64,000 nucleotides of DNA from Camelus ferus. Lineage: Eukaryota. Where the stretch lies: NCBI RefSeq assembly GCF_009834535.1, contig NC_045696.1:33110001-33174000 (forward strand), read 5' to 3'. The notes under the pieces were generated by a model that was not told the DNA's origin, ran no database searches, and was given only the letters and a program-made list of their open reading frames with translations. Position numbers and translations under genes: made by a program. How positions within the stretch are numbered: the first letter of the stretch is position 1; each line of letters begins with the position of its first letter. Of this stretch, positions 52,203 to 63,415 are shown in pieces.

Positions 52203-52711
52203 TGAAGGACTAACAAAATGGCCGCACTTAGGCTGACAGATTGCTTATTCTTAAGCTTGCCCTTAAAACGGTCAACTGACCTGACTGACCGGTTGCTCCC
52301 CACAGTTCCAGGCCCATTGTTAAAACTAAGGCTATTGATCTTACTGTTTCTACTTTATTTCAGTAATCAAAAGCTGTAATCATGCTTGGTCTCTGAGTCC
52401 ATCTCCAGGGAGAAGGTCAGAGAACTGTAACCTTACAAAGTAGGCTAAATACCAAGAAGACCAGGCCTTGGGTGCTTACAAGACCAAAAAAGTGACAACC
52501 TCTATAGAATTGGTCACTGGAAGGCATCATGACGCCACTCTAAGTCTTATGAATCTGATGATTGTTTATTGTTTAAGCTACGGGCTATATAATCACCCTG
52601 CCCCATCCCTTGCCTGGAAAAGTAACAAAGCTGCCTCTTTTCTTCTAAGCTCAAGACCCTGTCTGTGAGTTACTTGGCTCCTCAGGGATGGGGGCCCATA
52701 TTTGGGCATGA
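52203..52711 (+). mobile_element. ERV1-class solo LTR (family B) with 4-bp TSD
   Basis: Starts TGAAGGA, has an AGAC TSD at 52199-52202 and 52712-52715, and a TATA-like 'ctatataa' at about 52585. It is homologous to 57118-57704. Confidence 0.88.
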
Positions 52712-53399
52712 AGACAACTTTATATTAACAATAAATGTTGTTTGAGGCATTATTCAGCGTATTCCAGTAACCAGAGAATGATTTTTATATAGTGGCAAAC
52801 TCTGTATTATGAATGATTATGTTATAAATATTAAATACGTCCATTTTCATATCTGAGAAAGTCAAAAAAATTTTTTAATCAGTCATAGACTAGCTTGAAA
52901 GACATAAATTTGTGTATTCATTCACAATTGTCATGTGGAACACGGCAACAATCTGAGATGGACTTACATTGTTTTTGATGAAAAATACCCTTGCCTGAGC
53001 ACAAAATGAAGTAAACTTCTTCTCCTCTGCAGCACAATAAAAGCATGTACTAGATACAAGTGAATCAACACAGCTGGTTGCTAGCATTATGATTAGAAAT
53101 GCACTAGTTTGGATAAAATAAGAACTGGCCTGAATCTCTGCCCAAAGCTTGGACTGAAATAACCCTGAAAGAAGTTAAAATACTTTACCAAACTTCTTTT
53201 TTTCCCCCCCTCTAATTTCACATGTTCTGTTTTTATAATGAAAGAATTGGGTGGTGGTGGTGGGGAATCCTATTTCTTGATTGGCTTAGGTAAAGAAGTT
53301 CTAAAATAAAAATAACCAAACATAGAACAAAACATGCCTCATTTTAATAACACAAGTTTAAACCATACATTGAGGAAAAAATACATTTTCTTTCTTTCT

Positions 53400-53805
53400 G
53401 TCTTTTTTAAATTTTTACAGCAATTTTTATTTTTTATTTAGGTATAATTGACATATACTATTATATCAGTTTTAGGTGTACAATATAATGATTTGATGTT
53501 TGTATGCACTGAAAAATGATCACCACAGTTAAGTCTAGTTAACATCTGTCACCATGTATAGTTACAACAGTTTTTTTCTTGTGATGAGAATTTTTAAGAT
53601 TCATTCTCTTAACCACTTTCAAATATGCAATATATTATTGTTAACTATAGTCACCATATTTTACACTACATCCTCACAAGTTACTTATTTCATAACTGGA
53701 AGTCTGTAACTCTTGACCCCATTCACCCATTTCACCAGCCCTCGACTTTGACAACTACTAATCTCTTCTCTGTACCTATGAACTTAGCTGTTATAATTAT
53801 TTTTT
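53400..53805 (-). mobile_element. L1MA9/10-like 3' end
   Basis: 'ggtataattgacatatac...aagtctagttaacatctgtcacc...aactatagtcaccat'. Confidence 0.88.
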
Positions 53806-53884
53806 TTAACATTTTTTAATTGAGTTATAGTCATTTTACAATGTTGTGTCAAATTCCAGTGTAGAGCACAATTTTTCAGTTATC
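53806..53884 (-). mobile_element. Extreme 3' tip of a young lineage-specific L1
   Basis: 'ttttttaattgagttatagtcattttacaatgttgtgtcaaattccagtgtagagcacaatttttcagttat'. Confidence 0.8.
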
Positions 53885-54599
53885 CCATTTTGTTTCTTTT
53901 AAGTGAATTCCTTCTTGGTGTCTTTCTTAAGTAACATTAAAAAGACTTGTTTTTACCAATAGAATGCAAAAAGTGCATTTTAAGTTTTTCACAAGATTTT
54001 TGAAGAAGGGTGTAGGATATTTTATTGCATGTCAGTGCACTTTTTGTGTTGTTTAATGTTTCAGTGATCATTAAGGCACTGTTTTGTTTGGTCACTTTCT
54101 GAACAGACTGAGTAAATTTATAGCTGCCAATTTTGCACTGTGGGTTAAAATGTAGGTAGGACTATTAATGGCAAAGAATGTGTTTCAAGGATGCAAATTA
54201 TTGTCAGAAATTGAGTTGTAAAAAAAGTAGAATTAATATAATAGTTACAGATGATCACTCTAGAGGAATCATAGTCCCAAATGTCCTTGCATTCTCAGGA
54301 AAATGCAAATAACACTATTAATGTTCTGACACTGCCACTTGTATTGCATTTCCCTTAAGCTGAATCTCAGTAATAAGTCATAAGCCAGGTCTTAACAGTT
54401 TAGTGTTCTTCCACCTACTGATGAGTATCTCAAAGCAGAGTCACATGATTTAAAACCAACCACCCATTGTTGAAAATGCAGGCTTTAAAAAGGTGAACAC
54501 AGAAAACATCCAAAGGGGAGGTAACTCACAACACAGCAGGCTGAAAAAGCAGAGGATGCCCTTTCTTTGTGGGAGGTGGCCAGCAGTGTCCTAGAAGGA

Positions 54600-54875
54600 A
54601 TAAATGAAAAAAGACAATGTTCTTAATGGAAAAAAAATGAGAAAGGAGAAAATCTAGGTTGGGGAAACAAAGAGACTTAAGAAAGGAAAAGCAAAAGAAG
54701 GAAGAGGAAAAGTAGGAAGGACAGAAGAGAAGAGAGAAAACAGGTGGAAGGGTGATGATATAAGAAAGAGAAAAAACAAGGTGGAGCGTGATGAGTAAGA
54801 AGCAAAAAATAAGGGAGAAGAAAGAGCAAGGGGATATAAGTGAGGCAGAAACAGGAAGAGGGAAGGTATGGAAGT
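54600..54875 (+). repeat. Purine-rich (GA) low-complexity tract
   Basis: Read directly from the sequence. Confidence 0.75.
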
Positions 54876-55385
54876 GGCTTCTCTGTAACTTCCTTTATTT
54901 TTTGTTAACATCTGTTTAAGGCTGACTGAGGGACCTCCCCGCACCTCATAATACAGGTCTCAGGGAGGAGGGGCAGGCTGCCTCACAGCCTTCTTCACGT
55001 GCACTCTGCCACACACACGTCACTGTGTGGAGATGCTTTCAGCTTCTCTTCAAACCAAACTTCTACCACTGTTTTGTTTGTTTGTTTGTTTTATCTTTTG
55101 TGAATAACAAAACTCAAACTTATTTACAGATGAATTAGGATGATGAACAAATAATAGGCATTACAAATAACTACCTAAAAAAAAATTAACTCAAGTACTA
55201 TGTTTATTTCAGAAGATAAATGAAATATTTTAAAGAGCCTTATCCTCAAGAATTGAGATCAAACACTTCTATAGTCTTCAATCTTTAAAAAAAAAAACGA
55301 AACAAAACAAAACAAACCTCTTTAATTTATCGACTCTTCTTCAGACTGATCATTGAGTCGCTTGGATTTTTTTCTACTGTAAAAC

Positions 55386-56790
55386 TGTTGTATAGTAACA
55401 AGTATATATAGTTTCTTTCTTTGCCCAGGTTCCTGGCCAGAGTTCGTAAAACCCTTGTAACTTCCTAAATGGTTGCTAAGTGTGATTTCCTAGGAGCAAG
55501 AGGAGTATCTTTTGTCATTATATTTGGTTTTTGTCCCCAGTTCCTGAAACAGCTCCAGAGCAACAGAGATGAAATGAGCATCTTTTGTTATTCATAACAA
55601 ATCCCTGTGAAAGACACCTGATTTATGTTAATGAGGTGACACTTGGAAAACCCCTGAGTATGTGGGACTGATGGCCAGCAGATCCAAACAGTGTTATCAG
55701 GGCACTGGAACTTTCAGCCCCAACCCACAACCTCCAGGGAGGGGAGAGTGGCTGGAGGTGGAGTCGATCACTAATGGACAGTGATTTAATCAGTTATGCC
55801 TATGTAATGAAGCCTCCGTAAAACCCGAACCAAAGGGATTTAGAGAGCTTCTAAGATGGTGAACAGATAGAGGTGCTGCAAGGGTGGCTTGCCCAGGGAG
55901 GGTATAGAAACACAGCACCCCCTCCTATTGTCCACTGAAATAAAATCACGAGAGAGTTGTGAGTTAAGTTTTACTGGGGGCAAAGTGAGGACTAGAGCCC
56001 AGGAGACAGCATTGCATGTAGCTCTGAGTAACTGCTCCAGTGAGGCAGAGAGGAAGGCCAGGATTATCTATAATTTCAGTGAAGGGGGCACGTGCAGTCA
56101 AGCACACATCTAGGCAGAGGCTGCTGCTAGTCACGGGGAGCAGATGTCACCATTAATGGTTTTAGTGCTTTTCTAGATGTGAGGAGATGAAAGAATTTGG
56201 GCCCATAAAATCTTCTCCTGAAAATATCTATTTGAAGGCCTGTTCTACCAGTTTTCCTGGAGTACAAGGTGCCTGATTCCTGATCTCCACCCTCGACTCC
56301 TTTCTGACAATACTCGTGTTTTTTTCAGGGTGCATTGAAGGTCAGCGGCTACAGTGGCTGGTGATTTAATCCTTGTAGAGGCAGATGGCAAGTGCCAGTG
56401 TTTAGTTGGCACCACATACCTTGTCTAATGCGTCTTTTTATCTGCCTGTTCATTTGTATCCTTTAAGATATTCCTGGTTGTACAACAGTAATAGCAAGTA
56501 AAGTGCTTTCCTGAGTTCAGTGAGCCATTCTAGCCAATTATTGAAGCTGGAGCTACTCATAGGCACCTCCAGCTTATAACTGCTTCCTCAGAAATACAGA
56601 TGACAACCTGAAAATTGTGACTAATGTCAAAAGTTGGCATGGGGCATTCTTACAGCATTGGGCCCTTAAACTGTGGCGTCTTCACTAACTCCAAATGGCA
56701 GGTGTCAGAATTGAGGACGCTCAGTCTGTGTCCATCAAGATTTGGAGAATTGGTTGGTTTGGAAAAAGCCACAATTATTTTGTCAGAAGT
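55386..56790 (+). mobile_element. MER21-type ERVL LTR, interrupted at 55929-56411
   Basis: 'ggaactttcagccccaacccacaacctccagggaggggagagtggctggagg...gcctatgtaatgaagcctcc'. The consensus resumes at 'cacataccttgtctaatgc'. Confidence 0.85.
55929..56411 (-). mobile_element. MER41-like ERV1 solo LTR nested in MER21
   Basis: TG...CA termini and 'gaggactagagcccaggagacagc...ctgagtaactgctcc...tttagtgcttttctagatgtgaggagatg'. Confidence 0.75.
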
Positions 56791-57117
56791 AAAATGTAGG
56801 AGAGAGGACAGAGAAGAGTTTTTCCATTTATATGCCTTGACCTCTTGTCCTAAAGATCCTTTCTTCTTTTTCCTTTCTCCCAAAGTCTCTGAAATGCTGG
56901 TTTCATGGTAAACAGTATTTAGCCACATCACAGAACACATGCAGCCCCACTTTGCTTTCACTCAAGCCCAGCTCTCCCCATAGCATATCTTATTTTGGTC
57001 CTTTTAAAGAAAGGCTACTTACTTTCCAGTGAAATTGGTTCAGAAATGGAGGAGGGATTCAAAGTTCTTTGGGCTTTCAACTGTTATTTCTTGCCTGCTT
57101 ATAAAATGTCTTCTTTG

Positions 57118-57704
57118 TGTTGCCAAAAGATCAGCCCCCGTCCCTGACGAGCCAAATAACTCAGAGACAGGGGCTTGGAGCTTAGAAGAAAAGAGGCAGC
57201 TTTATTGCTTTGCCGGGCAAAGGGGACTCCCAGCAGGCTGGTGCCTTCAAAACTGTGAGCCCACCTTGGGGATGGGGTGGGGTAATTATATAGCCAGAGC
57301 TCAAACAGTAAAGCAGAATAACAATCAACAGAATCATTTTCTTCTCATAAGACTCAGAGTGGCGTCATGGTGTCTCCAGATGACCGATTCTGTAGAGGCT
57401 AGTGGTTGTCGCTCTCGATCTCTTTAAGTGCCCAAGGCATGGTCTTCTTGGTAATTCAGGCTATTTTGTAAGGTTACAGTTCTGTGACCTTCTCCCTGGA
57501 GAGAGACTCAGAGACTAAGCATGATTATTACTTTTGATTACTGGAATAAAGTAGAAACAGTAAAATGAGTAACTTTAGTTTTAACAATGGGCCTGGAGTT
57601 GTGAGTAGCAACCGGTCAGTCAGGTTAGCTGACCATTTTAAGGGCGAGCATAAGAATAAGCAATCTTTTAGCCTAAGTGCGGCCATTTTATTAATTCTCC
57701 TTCA
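57118..57704 (-). mobile_element. ERV1-class solo LTR (family B) with 4-bp TSD
   Basis: TG...CA termini, TTTG TSD at 57114-57117 and 57705-57708, and AATAAA on the minus strand. 57607-57690 is the reverse complement of about 52215-52297. Confidence 0.92.
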
Positions 57705-57754
57705 TTTGTGATTCATGCCTTCTGTATATGCTGTCTCCTTTTTCTTTTGCTTGT

Positions 57755-58172
57755 TTGCTTTTTTTAAATTAAAGTATAATCAGTTTACAATGTTGTGTTA
57801 ATTTCTGGTGTACAGCATAGTGATTCAGTTATCTATCTATCTATACACACACACACACATATATATATATGTATATATATATTCCTTTTCATATTCTTTT
57901 TCATTATAGGCTATTACAAGGTATTGAATATAGTTCCCTGTGCTATACAGTAGGGCCTTGCTGTTTACTTATTTTATATGTAGTAGTTAGTATCTACAAA
58001 TCCCAAACTCCCAATTTATCCCTCCAACCCCACTTACCCTCTGGTAACCATAGTTTGTTTTCTGCTTGTGAGGCTGTTTCTGTTTTGTAAATAAATTCAT
58101 TTGTCTCTTTTTTTTTTAGATTCCACATATGAGTGATATCATATGGTATTTTTCTTTCTTTTTCTACTTACT
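57755..58172 (-). mobile_element. 5'-truncated LINE-1 3'UTR with (TATC)/(CA)/(TA) microsatellite
   Basis: 'ttacaatgttgtgttaatttctggtgtacagcatagtgattcag...ttccacatatgagtgatatc'. Confidence 0.92.
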
Positions 58173-58502
58173 TTGTACTAGGATATTCCAACACCATTAA
58201 GGACCCTTGAAGGGCTTCTAATTTCTGAACTTGTGAGCTATTAGGCAGTCTGTGGGGCCAAGTCATCTGACTTCTCAACATTACTGATTCTCTATCTTTG
58301 CACTCAACTTGAGCAACCTGATCCAGTCCATAAACTGTACCATTCTTCCTGACTTAGGACCTTTATTACCACCTCAATGTCAGGAAACAGTGCTTCATGA
58401 ATATTTTTATGTTTCTACACCAATTGGGCTTTAGAGCAAAGATTGCTAGACCCTTGGTTAAAAGATCTTTGAATGAAAATAGATTTTGAAAATTAAAGCA
58501 AA

Positions 58503-58993
58503 TGAAGGGGTTCAGAACATGCCACCCCAAAATATGCCAAGTATATTGACTTTTTTGACCTAAAGGCACTTAAAAAAAAACAGCAGGTGCTGAAACAGGC
58601 ATCAGACCTCCATTTTTCTTCGTGAAAACAAGAGATAAAATATGCCCATGTGGAAGATGTCCTCCCAGCACCTGGAGGAAAAGAACATTCTTATCACCAG
58701 AGAAAGGGAGTTGAGACTGAGAAGAATCTGTACAAACCCATCTGGTTAAAATGACCCTTATCTTCCTCTAGCCTCCCCAAATATTTGTTACTTTTTCACA
58801 ATTAACACGCTTTGTTCAATCTAACATGGAAGTACTTAGACCACCGAAGCACTGTTTGGGCCTTCATTTTCCTGTGAAGGCTTCCATGTACATGTAGAAA
58901 TAAAATGTGTATTCTTTACTCCTGCTTATCTGTTTTATGTCAACTTAATTCTCAGGCTCAGCCAGAGACCATTAAATTTTGCTTCCCCTCTAA
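58503..58993 (+). mobile_element. MER34-like ERV1 solo LTR
   Basis: 'tgaaggggttcagaacatgccaccccaaaatatgcc...gaacattcttatcaccagaga...aataaaatgtgt'. Confidence 0.85.
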
Positions 58994-60700
58994 GACCTTC
59001 AGAGAGATTTACAGACAACTCTCCTGGAGGCATTCATGCACATTTCAAATAAGAATAAATCTAGCGACTTTCACCTCCTTTGCCCAGGTAGGATACCTTT
59101 ACATTCCAAACCAGAGGTCACTCTTTCTCCAGAGAGGAGAAGGGGTAAATATGCCAGCTGCCCTCTGTAAGTTCCCAGTCTCATAATTTCAGAGGTGTTC
59201 TCCTGTGGTATCCACGAGAAGGGTACATCTGACAAGAAGCATATATCTGACTCACTGCATCCCTCCGTGGGGAATTAGGGCATAGACCATTAGCACCAAA
59301 ATTGCCTTGTGAGTAGTAAATAATCAGTCTGTGTTCTGACGCAGAAAACTTGAGTTTTCTGTTAGGACAAATAAGTAAATTTAGGTGTAAAAACTTGATA
59401 CGCACTTTTCCTTTAGCCACCTGGAAACATCCTGGATCTTAATCCCTTCATTCTCTCTGCAATCTACCAGATCAATTCTGATTTCACATTCTTCAAGTTC
59501 TATTATTTTCATCTCTCAATTACTTTCTAGTTTCCATATAAAATAGAAATCACCAAGAAGAATCTCGAGTTTCCTGCCTCTTGTATCTATCAGTCTGTCT
59601 TTTATTTGTATGAATCTCAAAAGGTGAGATTCATCCTATATTACTCCTTTATCCACCACATCCAATTCATTTCATGCCTTATTGACTCTACCTTCTAAAT
59701 ATATATTGAAACATTTTTTTTCCCCTCCTCAACACCTTGATTACTGCTCTTGACTTAGTTTAGACTCACATCACTACTGGATGGCATTAGTGAGACACAC
59801 ACCTTAAAATAAAATTGAGATGATGCTGAACAGAATGTCTGGAGTGGGACGGCAAATTGCTCTTTTAAATTTCAATTGAAATTGCTTTTAAAGTACTTTT
59901 TTCAGACAATTACTTTGTAATAGAATAACAAATATTAAAATTGCTCTGGATAAGTTTGTTGTATTTATCTCTTCTAAATATAAAGTTGACATTAAATGGA
60001 CTTAATCAAAATATTTCCTTTTTTAAGCTCGTGATTATTTTATGGTGAGTCAGCAGGCTTCCTTATGTATTGTGATTCTGGAATTTTTGATGCTAATTAC
60101 TTTATGAAAACAGTTCTTATTTTATCCTGTTGCAGATTAACTTACCAGAACTTGCTTACTATGTGGTAATATATTTGAAAGTTAGTTTTAAAAAAAACTT
60201 TAAATATATTGGAGACTAATATAAAAATCCAAATTGAGGATAATTCACATTTATCCCACAAAACATATTAAACTGAATATAGCAATTTAGTTTTAGAATC
60301 CAGGAAAATAATATAAAAATTACAATATCTTTCTAGATGTTTATTTTCACAAATAATTGATTTCAATGGTTCTGAATCCAGTAACAAAAAAGTGATATTT
60401 ACCATTGTATATTTTATTTGGTTTTGAGGGTAAAAACTTGATATTTTCCAACACAAATGCATATGATAAGTGACGATTATGAGTAAGAGATCTTTTCATT
60501 CTTCTGATTTTCTTGCTAGCTATAGAATATATCTGGAGTTGAATCTGAAAGTAAGTTCTAGAGAAATAAGTAAATGTCTAGCAATGTATAAGGAGAAGAC
60601 TTCTTGGACATTCGAGAGTGAAAAGAGAAAATCATATTAGAGGGAGGAGATAGGAGAAGCCAGAAAAATGATGTGTGATTGGGAGTCTGTGTATTGACAT

Positions 60701-61261
60701 TGTTAGGCAGTTAGATAGAAATGAGCACTGGGCAAGGGAAAAGGAAAGGGGTGGAAACAATCCAGAAGGTAACAGTGCACCTGCACTCAGGATAAGGGGC
60801 TTCAAAGAGTGTTACTTTCTCTAAACGAGGGCCAGTAAAGAAGGTTAGAAATGGATTCTGCAGCTGCACAGTAGAGAGAAGGATCCGACTTAACGTAACC
60901 CAGTGCTCTTTATAATGTAATTAGCATTGAGGTTTGGGGCCCCTTCCACAGGTTTTTCTGTGTGCATCATGTCTAACAGCATGTGCAAAGGAGATGGGCG
61001 TGCCTGAGCACTCAAGGGACCTGAGCCGTCAATCAATCAGGAGAATGCCCCGAAAGTCAGGATATAAGACAGGACAAACAAAGGAGCACCCCATTTTCCT
61101 CTCTCAGGTTGGCCTGCCTTCAGTTCTCGAAAGTGTACTCTACTAACTTTTCCTCTACTAGAAAACCCTCTGTTTACATAATGCTTTCAGTCTCCCATTT
61201 GAATTCCTTTGTTTCTGGTAAGACAAAATACCTAGGCCTTTTCTCCCTCCTCGTGGTAACA
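60701..61261 (+). mobile_element. ERV1-class solo LTR (family A)
   Basis: TGTTA...TAACA termini and colinear reverse-complement homology to 6554-7105 (e.g. 'gggacctgagccgtcaatcaatca'). No clear TSD. Confidence 0.92.
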
Positions 61262-61729
61262 AAAAGACCAAAAAAAACCAAAAAAACAAACAAAAAAAAA
61301 CTTGTCACAGTACCTGGGGAAAGCTTTTTAAGTGGTTGTGACTGATATTTCTTGAAATTTTTTTTTGTAATCTAAATTCCTTTTATCAATGCAAGTTGAT
61401 GGCAATCAAGTATCTATTATAATATCTATTATAAACACAGTTCTTTGTGTGATTTTGTGTGTGTTTGGAAATTTAGGAAATGTCCTAATTCCATATATGT
61501 GTGGATAAAGTGAGGACTAGAAATAGTACCCATAGAAAAAAAAATTAAATTATACAAAGCAAAATCTCAGAAACTCGGATGACAGATTCACAGCTCTAAT
61601 GAAGAGAATTTTAAACTTTTTTGGATTTAGTCTACCTTTCATATATCAGTAGGCAAAGATAAGCCAATTGACACCTGATTAAGTTATATAAAAATGTAAA
61701 GTGGACACTTTCAGCCACAACTATAGTCC

Positions 61730-62175
61730 CTCAGTCATCATTTATTCATTCAGTAATTCATTTAACAAATAGCTACTGAACTTTCACTAGATGCTGGCCG
61801 GAAGGTTGTGAACAAACAGCTAGTTAAAACAATGCTCTGGCCCTCAAGATCTCACAGGGAAACCAGCATGAAGAAAAACAGTTGTAATGTGTGATAGGTG
61901 CGAAAATACAGACATGCACAGGGCTAGAGCTGCTCACAAGAGGAAAAAAAATCTAACTTGGAAAAAGCAGAGATAGTTTCAGAGGTATTAGCCTTTGAAC
62001 TGAGTAGTGAACACTTATTAGGAATTCTTTAAGAATAGAAAGATATGTGAGGGGCAAGCCAAAAAGGAGTAATATCATGTGCTAAAAATACAGAGGTATA
62101 AAAAGCAGTAGTGTGGTCAAGAAGACCTAGACGTGTCCAGAGTAAGTGTGCATGTGACACAGAGACAACAGATAA
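61730..62175 (-). mobile_element. L2 3' end
   Basis: 'tcatttattcattcagtaattcatttaacaaatagctactg...gccctcaagatctcacag'. Confidence 0.75.
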
Positions 62176-62184
62176 CCTCGTGAA

Positions 62185-62650
62185 GTGGTGCTGCCCAACA
62201 GCAGGAAATGGAATGCAGGCCACATGTGTAATCTAGAAGCCATATTAAAAAAATAAAAAGAAATGGTAAAATCAATTTTACTGATACATTTTATTCACCT
62301 AATGTTTCCAAGAGATTATCATTTTGACATGGAATTAGTACAAAATTATTAATGGAATGTTTTGCATTAACAAATCATTAAAGTTGGAATATTATCTATA
62401 CTTACAACACATCTCATTGCAGACAGGTCACAGGGGTAGATTATTTATCAGTGGTAGAGTGCATGCTTAGCATGCACGAGTTCCTGGGTTCAATCTCCAG
62501 TACCTCCATCAAAAAGTAAATAAATAAAAGTAAGTAAACCTGAATACCCACCCCAAAACAAACAAAAAACAAGCGAAAAAAATGCAGAGGAGTCACGTCT
62601 CAGTGCTTATCAGACACATGGTGTGAGTGATTACCTTATTGGACAGTGTA
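62185..62650. mobile_element. MER33 hAT-Charlie MITE, interrupted by a SINE
   Basis: 'gtgctgcccaacag...gccatattaaaaaaataaaaagaaatggtaaaatc...cttacaacacatctca...taccttattggacagtg'. Confidence 0.8.
62433..62582 (+). mobile_element. tRNA-Ala(AGC)-derived SINE of the camelid vic-1 type
   Basis: Degenerate A box '..tcagtggtagag', anticodon arm GCATGCTTAGCATGC, B box GGTTCAATCTCC, then '..taaacctgaatacccacccc' and an A-rich tail. Degenerate TSD TGCAGAnnnGTCAC. Confidence 0.85.
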
Positions 62651-63098
62651 CCTCTAAAATTAGGTTGAATGGTGCATGACATGGTTCTTGAGTGATGTAG
62701 AGATTGATTTTAAAAGAAAATACATTCTCAGCATTCTCAGGAGTCTCCCACTGTGGATAAGTCCTTTTTATTTTTGTTTAATTTTATATTTATTTTAATA
62801 ACTTAAGTATGTGCAAGCATGAGTCTAGTGATGTTTCTCAAGTTTATAGCTCTTACACATTATAAGACCCATGCAGATGTACACTCTTATAAAACCACTT
62901 TAATGCTAATAATCAACAGAAATTTCCTAAGATGAATAATATAATTTGTTTAATCAATGCTTCAAATATGAATAAAAACCTAGCTTCTCTGAGTATGTTC
63001 TTTTAAGTTCAACCTGTCACATACCAATTTAAACTACTGCAGAACGTTTGCTAGTGTACTACACAGTGATATTTGTTATTTCAAGGCAAGGATCGATC

Positions 63099-63415
63099 CT
63101 TTTTTTTTTTTTTTTTAGATCTCATATATAAATGAGATCATACAAGATTTCTGTCTGACTTACTTCACTTAGCAGAATGCCCTCAAGATCTATCCCATGT
63201 TGTCACAAATGGCAAAATTTTATTCTTTTATATGCCTGACTATAGTATTCCATTGTATATATGTACTACATTTTCTTTATCCATTCATCCATCAACGCAC
63301 ACATAGGTTTCCATATTTTGTTTCCACATCTTGGCTATTGTAAATAATGCTGCAATGAATATGGGGGTTCATATATATCTTTTTGAGTTAGTGTTTAATT
63401 TCCTTCAGATAAATG
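63099..63415 (-). mobile_element. Internal L1 3'UTR/ORF2-end fragment starting at a T-run
   Basis: 'tttttagatctcatatataaatgagatcatac...ttggctattgtaaataatgctgcaatgaatatggggg'. Confidence 0.88.

Noticed and set aside
1720..54310. Window-wide enrichment of the octamer ATGCAAAT
   Set aside because: Several copies are expected by chance at this AT content, and some lie inside L1 sequence.
52203..57704. Single provirus or DNA transposon with long terminal inverted repeats
   Set aside because: Each LTR has its own distinct TSD, they are inverted rather than direct, and the interior is ordinary genomic DNA.
62433..62506. Functional tRNA-Ala gene
   Set aside because: The D-arm/A box is broken, there is no clean acceptor stem, and it is followed by a SINE body, A-tail and TSD.
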